From assembly GCF_009914755.1 (NCBI RefSeq), contig NC_060925.1: a stretch of 64,000 nt of DNA; one strand, written 5' to 3'. The position numbers and the translations under genes are program-made. The notes under the pieces were generated by a model, which was not told where the DNA came from, made no database searches, and saw nothing but the letters and a program-made list of their open reading frames with translations. This stretch comes from the human T2T-CHM13v2.0 reference genome, Homo sapiens. Positions 29,875 through 42,300 of this stretch are shown in pieces. Numbering within the stretch: position 1 is the first letter of the stretch; each line of letters opens with the position of its first letter.

Positions 29875-30467
29875 GTTTTTATTTTTTTAAATCAAGGGTG
29901 AAACATTTTCATTTTAGCCATATTTCACCTTTATGAAAAGGTCAGCCAGGTGGTGAGAAAGGGGTGGACAGGGTGAATTTTTTCCAGAGATGGGGCCCTG
30001 CTGTCCTCACAGGCAAAGGAAGATGTGCTTAGGCCTAGTACTGTTGCAGCCACTCAACAGTTCCTCAGTTTCTCCATCTTCTAAATGGGTCTGGTTGTCT
30101 GTCTGTTGGGGTTGGTCTAGTTGTCTGTCTCTTGGGGTTGTTAAAAGGGTTTTAGTAGACAGAGCTCTATCCAAAACATCTCCCATGCTCCTAAATGTCT
30201 TCCACGCTTCTTGCCACAGTGTGTGAAATTCCCATTGTTAGAATCATTCATCCAGATTACAGGCAGAGGCCAGAGAATGTTCAGGAGCTGCTGGCCATAC
30301 TGCATTCATTCATCCATTCATTCACAGTGTGCCAAACTCTACGCTAAACATAGGGTGGTAGAACTAAGACATTCTCTCTTTCCCACAACAGCTATTCAGA
30401 TAAGATAAAAAGAGCATGTGCTCTGCAGTCCAGCAGAGCCCTCGGAGTATTGGTTCCATTGTGTTTT

Positions 30468-30792
<325 letters not shown>

Positions 30793-30857
30793 TGAATGAT
30801 TTTAAACAAGTATCTTACACTCTCTGAGGCTTGGTTTCTTCATCTGCACGGTGGGAA

Positions 30858-31345
30858 CACGGGCAGCTTTAAAGTATGGCTACAAGTTCTTTTCTGCTCC
30901 TCCCATCATAGGTGGGGTCTATATCCCTTCCTCTTGAATCTGAGCAGCTTGTGATTGCTTCAACTAATAGAGGATGGAGGAAGTGATGTTCTGTGTCTTC
31001 TGAGGCTACATTGTGAAGGCAATGAAGCTTCTTCCTTGTTCTCAGGAATGCTGAGCCGCTACATAAGCCACCATGCTGGAGAGGTCACACTCATGCTGAT
31101 AATCCCAGCCTGTGAGTTATGCCAGCAGTGGGCCAGACATGTGCATGAAGAAGCCATCCTGGAAACAGATCCTCCGGTCCCCAAGAGCCCGAGCCTCCGG
31201 CCATTCTACTACCCAGAGACCAGCTAGTTACATCTGCTCTGCATTGTTCAAACTCCTCACCCATGGAATCTGTGGGCATAATAGAATGGCTGTTATTTTA
31301 TACCACTAAGTTTTGGGGTGGTTTGTTACACTGATAATCAGAACA
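30858..31345 (+). mobile_element. MLT1F/G/H-like ERVL-MaLR solo LTR
   Basis: 'ctcctcccatcataggtggggtctatatcccttcctcttgaatctg' and 3' end 'ccactaagttttggggtggtttgttac...gataatcagaaca'. Confidence 0.8.
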
Positions 31346-31769
31346 AGGCCGATACAATATTCCTTAGAATTAATGTGCATTTTAAATGAAAAACGAAAAA
31401 CCTTACAAAGCATCTAGCTTCTTATAGGGCCCCAATAAGTAGGCGTTTCCCCTTTCAAAAGAAAGATCCTTGCTGTCTAGCAGTAGGAGCAGGCATGCTA
31501 TTAATAAGTAAATACAATGTGTAAACATCATAACAGATTTGAAAACCAAGTGGAAAACACATCAGTCAAGGCACTTTTTAATATTTTGAGGATTTGGGAC
31601 TGTGGGACTATGTCAGGGAAGTCTTCAGAAGGAGGAGACATTTGAATGACATCCTGAAAAGCCAGAAGGGTTGTTTGGAGTTCACCAGCAGACAAAATGG
31701 GAGACATTCGAGGAAGAGAGGCAAGAACTTGAGGTTGGCAATGATCTTGGAAATAGTTTCTCTACTCCC

Positions 31770-32545
31770 ACCTGGGCTCCTTGTCAGGCCCTCCTAAACA
31801 GGGCAGCCAGAGTAGGTCCTTGAGGATGAAAGTTGGGTCCTGTCACTGGGTTCCAACTCCCACGGAGTCACCCTACTGGTGACCTGCATATGGAGGGACC
31901 ACATAATTTGTCATCTAAACTGGGGTGCTTTGAGAGTGAACGGGGGCACTATTAATAATTCTTCCAGGACAACAGAACAGACCTAATTCAGGATTGTCCT
32001 GAGCAATCAAGATGTGTGGTCACCTCACCTACGTGCCAGCTCTAAGGCCTGTTGTACCTGCCTGATTGCATCTGCCCTGAGCTCACTAGCTCACCCGTGC
32101 TCACCCTAGTCCAGCCACACTAGCTTTCCTGATGACTCCTGAATACGCCAGGCAAGTTTCTGCCCCAGCCCCTCTGTACCTCCAGGTCCCTCTGCCTAGG
32201 GTGCTCTTGCTTTGGAAGGTCACATGACTTGTTCCCTCACTTCCCTCAAGTCTTCACTCAATGTTATTTGAGTGAAGGGCCTTCCTGGCCAACCTATTTA
32301 AAGCGGACTCTTCCCATAGTCTTCACTTCTTCCTTGCTTTGTTTTTCTTATAGTATCCATCACCTTCTAATATACTATGTAATTTACTATTTATTTTGTT
32401 AATATTTTTGTGTCCCGTCACTACAATGCAAGTTCCACAAAGGCGAGGATTTTTGACTGTTTTATTTGCTGCTGCATCCCTGAATGTCTACAACAATGCT
32501 TGACACTTAGACGGTGCTTAATAAATCTCCTAAGTAAAAGTAGTT
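31770..32545 (+). mobile_element. L2a 3' region, interrupted by MER94
   Basis: 'ccagccacactagctttcct', 'tccctcacttccctcaagtct', 'ctacaatgcaagttccacaaaggcgaggattttt...gtgcttaataaat'. Confidence 0.8.
31891..32027. mobile_element. MER94 (hAT-Blackjack MITE)
   Basis: 'accacataatttgtcatctaaactggg...ttgagagtgaacgggggcactattaataatt...gtggtcacc' matches recalled MER94 consensus. Confidence 0.8.
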
Positions 32546-33829
32546 GACTGGCCTCCTTAATGAAATATAGTCTCAAAATGAACAGTTCAGGCAGTTCAGC
32601 CTAAGTGTACTGAAGAATGTTTTGCATGAGAGATTTTTTTTAAGTTAGCAGCTCTTGAAAACATCCTAGAGCCATGTCTAAAACAAAATGTATGGCCCAT
32701 GTTCAGCACAATTTTCTGTTATAAACTTTCCCTCCACATCTCTTAGTATCATAAATTATTATAGCTAGAAGAAATCAGTTCTAAAATTCTATGATTCTAA
32801 GTGACAAGCTCTATTATATCTTAAAAAAGTTGAAATGATCTATTTTCTGGATAGCCAAGAAAACCGGAGGTCAGGGCAGTAAGGGGAAACTGAGGATTTA
32901 GACAATTTATGAGTCAATTTCTGAGGTTGGCAGACTGTTGGCCTTTCTCCCAATTGCTGTGGGGGGCATTTCAATCCTGCCTCTAGCTGCTGGAATAATA
33001 CTTCTTCCATTTCTTTAGCTCTCCTCTAAAGTCTGCAGATTCGGGTAGATAAATTGTCAGCAGTCCTTCCCATTTCTGAGGCATTAAGCTTAAATCCTGT
33101 TAAGGTTCCTCATATATTAAAAATAAAACTTCTATTAACTTTTCCCCTGTCTGTGCGATCAGAGTTAAATTAATTTTTAACACTTGGGTAGAACAGCAGA
33201 AGAGAAATGTGCCCCCAGAGCCACCATGCACCGGCTACTGGTCGGTTAGGGAGACTTGAACCATCAGACTCCTGGCAGATGCTGCCCCAACCACTAGGAT
33301 GTGTTGGGAGGGGCTCCATTCCAATAGACAGCGCCCATAGGCATTATAAAAGATATTGGTGGCATCCCAGGCTACAGCCATCAGGCCACATGCAGGCAGA
33401 TTGCTAAGCAAGACATTGAGCCGTGGCCTGGTGGTAGACCACTGAGTTGGCCGGCCAAGCCAGCCTGTCTGGTTTGGTCATGTGGCATCCTTACTCCTAG
33501 ATAAGATGCTCTGTTACTCACCCACTGTGCCCAGGGAAATAGCTCGTTTCTGGGGCTGAATCTATGGTGTGTGAGAACATGGGCTCTACACCAGATCTAT
33601 AAATGAATGTGTTTTCATCACTTCAAAGCTAGGAGACCTTGAAGCAAAAAAACAGAAAGAAAAAAGAGCTACTATTGACATTGCACTTACTTTGTCTTGG
33701 GTACTGAGAAAAGATATGCATGTATGTGTGTATAATACATCTAACAATATTACATTCAATAGCTATAATTTGTAATTTTATTAGGTATATATTTATAAAA
33801 CAGAAAGAGGTTTTCCTCATTGAATCCTC

Positions 33830-34191
33830 CTTCGTACAGTTAAGTATTATTTCCCCACTTCTTAGATGAAGAAACTGAGGTCCAGGAACAAAAATTGATA
33901 TCATAAAAGCCATGCAACTGGCAAACGCCAGAGTTGTTGTTTGAACTCATGTCTGTCTGAATAGAAAGTGAGTATCGTTAACCAAATAATACAAATTATT
34001 CAAAATCTCTGATCCTAGGTTTTCCATCTGTAAAATGGGGAAATAGTACCCACTTCACAGGATTGTTGTGAAAATTAATGAAGATAATGTGTGTAAAGTG
34101 CTGAGCACAGAGCCTGGTGCAGAGCTCCATAAATGCTAGGTATTGTAGCAGTAGTAGCAGTAAATGCTAGCTATTGTAGTAGTAGTAGCAG
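33830..34191. mobile_element. Two adjacent MIR fragments in opposite orientation (minus ~33830-33990, plus ~34005-34191)
   Basis: 'agatgaagaaactgagg' then 'ttttccatctgtaaaatgggg...gattgttgtgaaaattaatgaagataatg'. Confidence 0.75.
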
Positions 34192-34844
34192 TAACTAAAT
34201 TCCCTCTTTCTTGCAAGTCATTAGAAGGTCTTTATGCTCAAATTAATGTTATGATTACTGTGTAAACCATTATGCTGTGTGTACTTTCTGGAGTTAATAA
34301 TAGCACCATAGATTTACTCATCAATCCATTCATTCATTTGTTCAATATATATATTTGTTCAAAGGGTATGGGATTTAAGAAGGACAAGGCATGCACCCTG
34401 TCTTCAAGGAGCTTACAATCTGGTTGGGGAGGTCAAACATATACACAAGCTAAAATAAATAATAATTAACGCAATATATGAGCTAAGGCAAATGAGTAAG
34501 GTTTGAGGAGGGGAGTCACCACAGTGTACAGCTGTGGAGGTGAGCTGGAGCTGGGGTCTAGAGTAAGCAAGATTTGGCCTTTAGAAGAGAGGATGGTCAG
34601 GACACCTCGTCCCAAAGTCAAGAAAGTGCTTTGGACACCAGCAGGCAGTCTCCCTCACAAATGGAACTTTCATTTTGCAACCTCTATTTTGTGATACACA
34701 AATTTGGGCAGGAATTCAGATAAACAGTTTTACAGAGGTCTGATTTGAAATAGGAGCAAAGTGCTTTCTTTAAAAAGAGGTGTCCTATTCCTTAAGAAAA
34801 AATATTTTGAATGCAAAGATTATATTGTTACACAGACCACGGCC

Positions 34845-35362
34845 ATTATCACCATCACTGTCAGCATTATGATCATCACCATGTCCACTGTCCTCCAACT
34901 GTCATCATCGCTTCTACCACCACCACCATCATCACCACCACCATTAGCACCTCCACCAACACCATCACCACCACGTTAACCACACAACCAAACCATCACC
35001 ACCACCACTACCACCATCATCATTAACAACATCACTGTTGCCTCTACTATTACCACCATGACCACCACCATCATCACCTCTACTATCATTACTAATACCA
35101 CCAATATTATTACCATCACCATCCCTTCTGCCATCACTACCACCTCCACCACTACCACTAACACTATTATCATGACCTCCCCCATTGCCATTATCACCAC
35201 CACCATCACCACCATTCCCTCAATGCCATTATCACAACGACCACCACCATCATCACCTCTACCATCATTACTGACACCATCACCATTGCTACCATCACCT
35301 CTGCCACCGTCATCATTACCTCCAAGATTATTACTACCACCATTACCACTGCCATCTCCACC
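34845..35362. repeat. Degenerate (CAC/CAT)n trinucleotide array, ~520 bp
   Basis: Directly visible; gives spurious His-, Thr/Ile- and Pro-rich ORFs. Confidence 0.95.
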
Positions 35363-36569
35363 AGGCAAAACTCCTAACCTCTGAGCCAACATGATTATGA
35401 AAATCTGCATTTTAAGGCTCACACCAGTGCAAAATGAGTAAGAGATTTATTTCTCCTGCTCTCTAATGTGAGGCCAAGTGGGAGCTGGTCTTGACTCTAA
35501 ACAAACCTATTGAGAACACCTTCCCCAAATTGTGACAATTTGTTAAGGCCAATGCTACAAAGAAAATGCATTAAGTAATTGGCCTTACTCTGAACCAAGG
35601 TTCCCACCTCCTCAAGTGTGTCTGGCAATCTGAAGGAAGATCCAGTTCTTCACAGTTCCAGGAGGTGGGGTGGCAGCAGTGGTGGCCATGGAGAGGGGAG
35701 CCTGAGAAAGTCTGGCAGACAGGGGCTGTTTCTCTCCCACTCAAAGCAGCCCACTCCCTTCAGGCAATAGACAGCTCTGACTTCAAACCCTAGCCAGCAA
35801 TACTGCCACATGAGTAATGCCCGGAAAGATTCTATAAATGGTTTCTTTCATCTCCTATTGAAATGAAAGAACAAGAGAGAGAGAGAGAGAGAGTAGAAAT
35901 GAATTGTATTCCTACTGCAGAGAGTTCATTTGATAAATAATGTATATAGAGTTTGCAGTAATAACGGCTCTTTTCCGATTCAGCATGTGTGGGTGAGTTT
36001 TGACATATATTCTCTGTATTTCTAACAGACGGTGACTGACTGGTGCCCAGATTGGCATTATGAAAAGCAAGGCAGACTGCTAACATTTGCTGTCATGTCA
36101 GAAAGGTTAATCTGGTTTTTCCCCTGAGCTGGAGGCAGGGATCCTTTGCCTTTCAGTGAAGGTGTGAGAGGGGAGGCAGGAGATAGGTGGAGGATTTGCC
36201 TTGCTCTGGGCTCCTAGAAATGGGAAGCAAAGTGACACGTGCCCAAGGTAGAGTGACCAGGGAAACTGTTTCTTGAAGGTCTTGCTCTCTGCTACCTTCT
36301 GCTAGCTTCTTTAACATCAAAGCAAGTCCAAGAGACCCACTGGGCTTTGGAAAAATACAGAGACATGCACGCAAGGCCACAGGAGGTCCCTCACTCCCAC
36401 CAAGAAGGAAGAGGAACCCAAATATTGGAAAACCTGATTCTCTGCAGTTGTCTCTCCAGTCAGCCCTTAGATTTCAAGGGGATGAACACCGGACTCATGC
36501 TGAAATATTAGTAATTGGATCATCACATATTACTTTCTGTTCTGCCACAAAAACAGTGAGAACTCCTGT

Positions 36570-36790
36570 GTTTTTACAATGTGTTTTGGCTTACAAAGTA
36601 TCCTCATAAATGTGACCTCATTTAATTTTCACGATAATGAGGCAAGAATTGTTACTCCATCTCATAGATGAGCAAACTGGGCTTCTGAAAAGTTTAGTAA
36701 CTTGTCCAAGGTGGCAAAGGGTAAGAGGAAGAATTCACTCTAAATATGCTGCAGTTAGGTTTTCTGACTCTAAGGCCAGTGCTTTACTAC
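36570..36790 (-). mobile_element. MIR fragment
   Basis: 'atagatgagcaaactggg...agtaacttgtccaaggt...tctgactctaaggccagtgct'. Confidence 0.75.
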
Positions 36791-36859
36791 TCAAAGTTAC
36801 CTCTCTAGAGGCACTTCCACAGAGATCTTGTTGGTATGTGTAAGGGGGGTTGAGGAGTA

Positions 36860-37016
36860 CCCACACAGAAACACATGGATGCACACACACATACATGCAC
36901 CCACACACATGTACATGCTCATATATATGTGTGCACATATGCATCCATGCACACATGCACTTATGGGTGTGCACACATACACACATGTATGTGCACACAC
37001 TGATGCATGCTTGCAT
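36860..37016. repeat. Degenerate (CA)/(CATG)n tract
   Basis: Directly visible. Confidence 0.9.
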
Positions 37017-37869
37017 GGCTGAAGCCAGAAGGGCATTCCCAGTGGGAGAGGGCTTCTGCTATTCAGCTTGTTTGCCTCTGCTTCAGTGAAAAATTACTCA
37101 AAGCCTCAAGAATCGCTCCCTTCCTGGTCCCAGATGGATGGGTGAAACAACCTGGAAACCCCAGGAAATGATTTTCACCCTGCAGGGGTCTGCATTTCTG
37201 GAGAGTCATGATCCAGTGGCCTTTTTAAGCCACTGACCTGCAGTTGGGGTTCATAGCAGCTGGTGGCTGCAATTTACTGGGACTAAGATTTATAGCACTC
37301 AGTGTCCGGAAAGATGCAATTTACCTCACAGGAGGGATGACTTTTGCTCCCAACAAAATGTTTTACCTCCCCTGGCTCACCTTTAGATTTAAGAAATCAC
37401 TCCAAGGGGTGAGAGAGTGTCTAAAATTTTAAATATTAGATTCACTTCCCCCAAAATTAGATAACATTAATGTCAGCACTGAATCATGGTTTTATCGGGG
37501 CCCTTTCTTAGTTCTCTACTCAAATAACCTCCAAGGAACTTTCCATGAAAGAACAGAAAACGAAATCTCTACATCTATCTTAAATGTTACTTTCATCCTC
37601 CATCTTTGGCTTCGATTTCTTTCTGTGACATCTCTTGGAAAATCTTACTTCTTCATATTTTCAGGTGTTTACTGCTTCTGCTCACTATTTTTTTCTGTCA
37701 ATTTCCAGTTTTCTTTTCAATGAGACCTTTTCCTTCTACCTCTATGAATTCTTAATAGTTTCCTTCTGATAGTTCCTTATTTCTAGATTATTTTGCTTTT
37801 CTTCTCACATGTCCTGGGCCTTCGGTTTGTCCTTGCCTTTGCTTTTTCTCTTCTATCCTTTGCAGGGAG

Positions 37870-38115
37870 GTGTTCTAGGCAGAACGAGGACTTGGGATTG
37901 AGAAGAACACTGGTGTGAGTCTAGGCTCTGTCACTTTAATAGCAGCACGACCTTGGCGAACTACTTTCGCTACTCTGCAACCCTGGTTTCCAGATTTGAA
38001 ATATGGATGTAATATGCCTATAATGTAGAGTTGTTTTGAGACTCAAATGAGATCCTATTTGAAAGCACCTATCCCAGGACCTAAAATGCAATAGCTGTCC
38101 AGAGAATGTCCAGTT
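37870..38115 (+). mobile_element. MIR fragment
   Basis: 'ggctctgtcactttaatagcagcacgaccttggcgaa', 'gagttgttttgagactcaaatgagat'. Confidence 0.65.
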
Positions 38116-39439
38116 GCTCTGCTCACTTTCTCCTTTGATTATAAAATATGTTCACTTCTAGTCCTTTTGGGGTTCAGTAATTCATCTAAATTAGGTTGCA
38201 TGGATTCATCAGGTCACATAAAGGTAGAAGTGTTCCCTATTTGGTGTATGTGGAAGATGACAAACAAGGATGGGTTTGATTTGATGCCGACTCTAATGAA
38301 AACACAGAAGCAACTTGAACAATGAAGGAAACGATGAGGCTGACATGAGTCAAAGATCAGTCTTCTCAGGCTTCTTGTGTGTACCGAAAACATTTTGATA
38401 AACGGGGAGGGAGAAAAAATCAAAATGTGCTCTTTGGTTCAAACAAGCTGTCACAGCCTGTGAGATAAAGATGTGCCCGTCCACAGAAGCCAGCTTCTAG
38501 ACACACACCCTCATTATGCACAATTTAATAATATACACAGGCATTCTCCGGAGTTCTTATTTGGCAGCAGCCGACACTCTGAGAGCTGATCTTGCTAATT
38601 TTGTGTATTTGGATTCTGCAGTAAAACAAGCAGTCTCAATATTTGGGTTCACTGGGAACTAGTTCTGGAATCATAATGATGATTAAGTGTGGGAATGTCC
38701 TTGTTGCCTTAAAACTTAGTTAATTTATCCTGACAAGGTGAGTGATGATTTGCAAATTACACCATCCCTGTCAATGATAACAACACCCTTCCACCACCAC
38801 CCACAGACATACAGCAACAAGACAAGGCCAGCTGGTCAGAGAACATGAGCAATGGTTGAAAGGGCTATAAGGGAGGGGCAAAAGTTTGCACCCTGCTGTG
38901 GTGGAGATCTTTTTTGGTTAATAATCTGCCTTGCCAATAAGATACTTTTTATCCTTTGGACATAGCGAGAGAGCGTGTTTTAGAAACTGTTTCTGTAGAA
39001 TGTCGAATTGTGTTGTGCTTTTATTAGAGGAAGAACAGGCCAACAGTAACTTTCTGGAAGTCAGGGGCCAGAGCAGAAGGTCAGTTTTCTCTGAATCGCA
39101 CTGGAGAATCTCCACCTTAAAATATTCTATATCTGTTTTTACCCACAGAGAGCCTAGAGTCCCAAGCAAGTGTCCTGGAGACAGCAGGTGACCTTTACAT
39201 AGGGCCTCATTAGGTTCCTTATACCACTGACTTGAAGGTTTCAGCAGGAGCTCCTGATTCCGTTTTTCCAGAGATTTCAGCCCCTTCCTGATTTTACTGC
39301 ATACACTTGTTGAGTGTGCTTTATAAGTATGCTTTTGCCAGCACCACCACTCTTTCTTCTTTTACCACCCTTTCAATGTATGAACTTGTCAAAAGCCACA
39401 GCGTGGGCAAAGTCAGTTTATTTAGCAGTTAAATGCAAC

Positions 39440-39880
39440 ATCCAGGAATAAGGTTATTTCTGTCTTCTCACATTGACAATTCTCATTATGTTGACTTTCA
39501 TTCTCAGCCTAGGTGCCTCTTGATTCCAGAGTAATTTACACAGCTCCACTTATCATATCCTTACCCAGCAATGTCCAAAGTTTGGAAGTGAAGTAAGAAG
39601 GAGTTTCCCTTTCTCGTAGCCCTTTTAAGATGTGAAAATGTTCCCTAAAGCTGCTTCACAGCTAATTGTCCAGAATTGTGCCATATGCCCATTTCCATGA
39701 CAATTATTTGCAAGGGAGAACAGAGTTACCATCTCTGGTTTAGATTGATCAAGATTACCCCTTCCCCACTAGAGGCTAGAGTAGGAACAAGCTAAACTAC
39801 TGTCAGACAGTTCAACCAAACTGGGATTCTGCTGCAAGGCAGAAATGAAGGAAGGTTGCTGGGGAAACAACCACAGAATA
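39440..39880 (-). mobile_element. MLT1K-like ERVL-MaLR LTR fragment
   Basis: 'attgtccagaattgtgccatatgccca', 'ggtttagattgatcaagattacccc', 'aaccaaactgggattctgctgcaagg'. Confidence 0.6.
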
Positions 39881-41174
39881 TATGATTCCAATGGAGTCAA
39901 TAACCAACTCCATTATCTGCTTTATGTATATAAAGCAGAAGGCTGCCAAGGAGTGATGTTCTTTTCTTCTCTGTTTTAACCTCAGCATTCTTGAATCTGA
40001 ACCATGGATATGCTGTCAAAAAGAATGTGTGGTTATCACATAAGCTTGTTAATACTGAAGAGTTGATCCCTTGATCCTCACATGACTAATCACTTTCCTC
40101 ACAGGATCTAAGCCACAAATCTCTTTTCCTCAACACTTAATAGAAAGCCTTGAACTGAAAGGGGAATAATCAAGGAAAAGAATTATTTGATAATAAGACA
40201 AAGCCCAATTGCATTAAACTCAGCACTTCTGAATGAGGGGCAAATCCATTTTCCCCACCAGGTTAAATAGACATGGGTTAACCTTTGTCCTAGGAGCCCC
40301 AGGGCTTCAGAAATTCAATATCCAGAATTAAAGTGGTAAGTGAAATGTGAACAATCTTGAAGAAAAGCAAGAAGCCCATTAATAAAGACAATAGATGATA
40401 CAAAACTATAAGACACTGCCAGCTCCAAGGAAGACGAGAAATTGGCCAAAGGGGCTAGAAGAAATAAAGAAGCAGGGACTAGCAATGAGAAGGTCAGAAG
40501 CTGCTGGAAAAGACGCACACCTCAGATGTAATAGCACCCAGAACATAGGCGTTCAGGCACCCGGGAAATTGCTAGATTGTGCCTTGGATTATTCCTTAAC
40601 AATTGGCTGAGCAAAGGTTATGAACAGAAAGGTTGTAAGTATAAGTGAACAATAGTTCATGTGAGCTGAGGTCATTTTCTAGAGCAGAAAAGCAGCTCTT
40701 TAGAGACCTTCCACTGTCATATTGCTTTAACAGTAGCCAGAAAATGCTCGTTCTAATAGATAACATTTATTTATATTCTACTGCCTCCAGTCCCAGTCAT
40801 TGACAATATTTATTTATTTATTTATTTCCTGGTCTAGTACCCTGGAGGGGACACTGAAAATGCAGGGCTTAAGGAGTTTCACCACCAGTTCGCTGCTAGA
40901 GAGTGGGTATTGCCTGTCTTGGAGGGGAGAGAGAGAGGGCTGTTAGCTTTCACAGGCACTCATCCTGCCCTGCCTGTTCCTAAGTGGGCACTGAGCCTGA
41001 GCAGGCCTGGAAAGCCAGTATACAGATTCAGTTGTTGGGGTTTCAATTCAAAACATCAATATCCTCCTGCCCATAAGCCAGGTGGCATCCACCCAGGCAT
41101 CATGGAGAACTGAGCAGGAGTCCACCAGCCCTGGCCAGAAGTCTGATAACACACAGCTGTTAAAAAGCTCGGCC

Positions 41175-41378
41175 AGCCTATAATCCCAGCTCTACCAATT
41201 ACTTGCAAGATCTCAGGCAAGTTTCCTTCTTTTGGTCTTAGTTTCCTTATCTATCAAATGGGGATAATGATGCTACTGAAACTCCTAGGTTGAAAGGGTT
41301 AAAACAAACAACCCATGGAAACTTTTAAGTTCAGTGTCTGGCTTACGATAAGTGCTCGATAAATGCCAGCTATTATTT
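41175..41378 (+). mobile_element. MIR fragment
   Basis: 'aatcccagctctacca...cttagtttccttatctatcaaatggggataat...gtgctcgataaatgccagctatta'. Confidence 0.8.
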
Positions 41379-42099
41379 TGTGCCAGTTGATGGCACAGAA
41401 TGAGACTTGATGACAAATGCTTAAGTAGATTTTCAAGCATATTGATCATAAAGCAGCTAAGTGTCCTTATGGGATTTTTTTATGAGGTCTTTCAGAAGTA
41501 AGAAGATGCTTGCTTTTCCCCTGGAGTCAGCAGGGCCTTGTTTCCCAGTCTCTTCATCCCTGCAGTCAGGCTCTTTCCAGGTTCTTAGGGTCAAGCCTCT
41601 CATGTCTGGCACATAGTAGGGAATCCAGAAATATATGTGGAAGGAAGATGGAAAGGAAAGGAGGAAGGAACAGAGGGAGTGAAGAAGTATCCAGGAGCTC
41701 CACCTCCTCCTTGCTCTGATGCAGTCTTGCTCATGGTTCCAGGCTAACCTCTAGAACCATCACTGGCCCCGCAAAGGGCAAGCCCAGTGTGGCAATCTGC
41801 CCACACTCACTCTAGCTCAGGTCCCTCAAGCCCCCCTCCTCTTATAAGCAGACCTGCTGGTTAATGTAACTGCTGGTTGATATAACATTCTTGGGGTCCC
41901 ACAGTGGTGTGGAGTAGCTTGAGACAGGTGTTGCTTGGTCCTTACATTTTCATACCCTAAATCTGTTTTACCCACTTGGACCCTGGCTCTGCAACCTTGA
42001 CCTCCATTCTGCCTCTGGTCTCTTGAACTTGCTGTGTGGAATTGGTCTTTCCTGTGGTGCACTAACAATAGACTTTCAGGAACTGAGCTCCATCACCCT

Positions 42100-42300
42100 A
42101 TGTAGCCATCACACTGGATGCTATTACGTGCCTCTCCATTGATCCTCAAAACAATCCTGTGAATTAAATATTATGAGCCTCATTTTATACATATGGAAAC
42201 TGAGGCTCATGGAGGTGAAGTGCCTGGCTTAAGGTCACATAGCTAGGAATCAAATGCCAGTCTCTGGATTCAAATCTCATGTTCTAGTCATTCTTCAGCC
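42100..42300 (-). mobile_element. MIR fragment
   Basis: 'cattttatacatatggaaactgaggctc...aaggtcacatagctag'. Confidence 0.8.

Noticed and set aside
33220-33249. Kozak-like GCCACCATG
   Set aside because: Followed by a stop after 7 codons, with no convincing donor or promoter evidence
35985-36110. GTGAGT donor and tattctctgtatttctaacag acceptor suggesting an exon
   Set aside because: The two sites are under 40 nt apart, no good downstream donor exists and the peptide is unrecognisable
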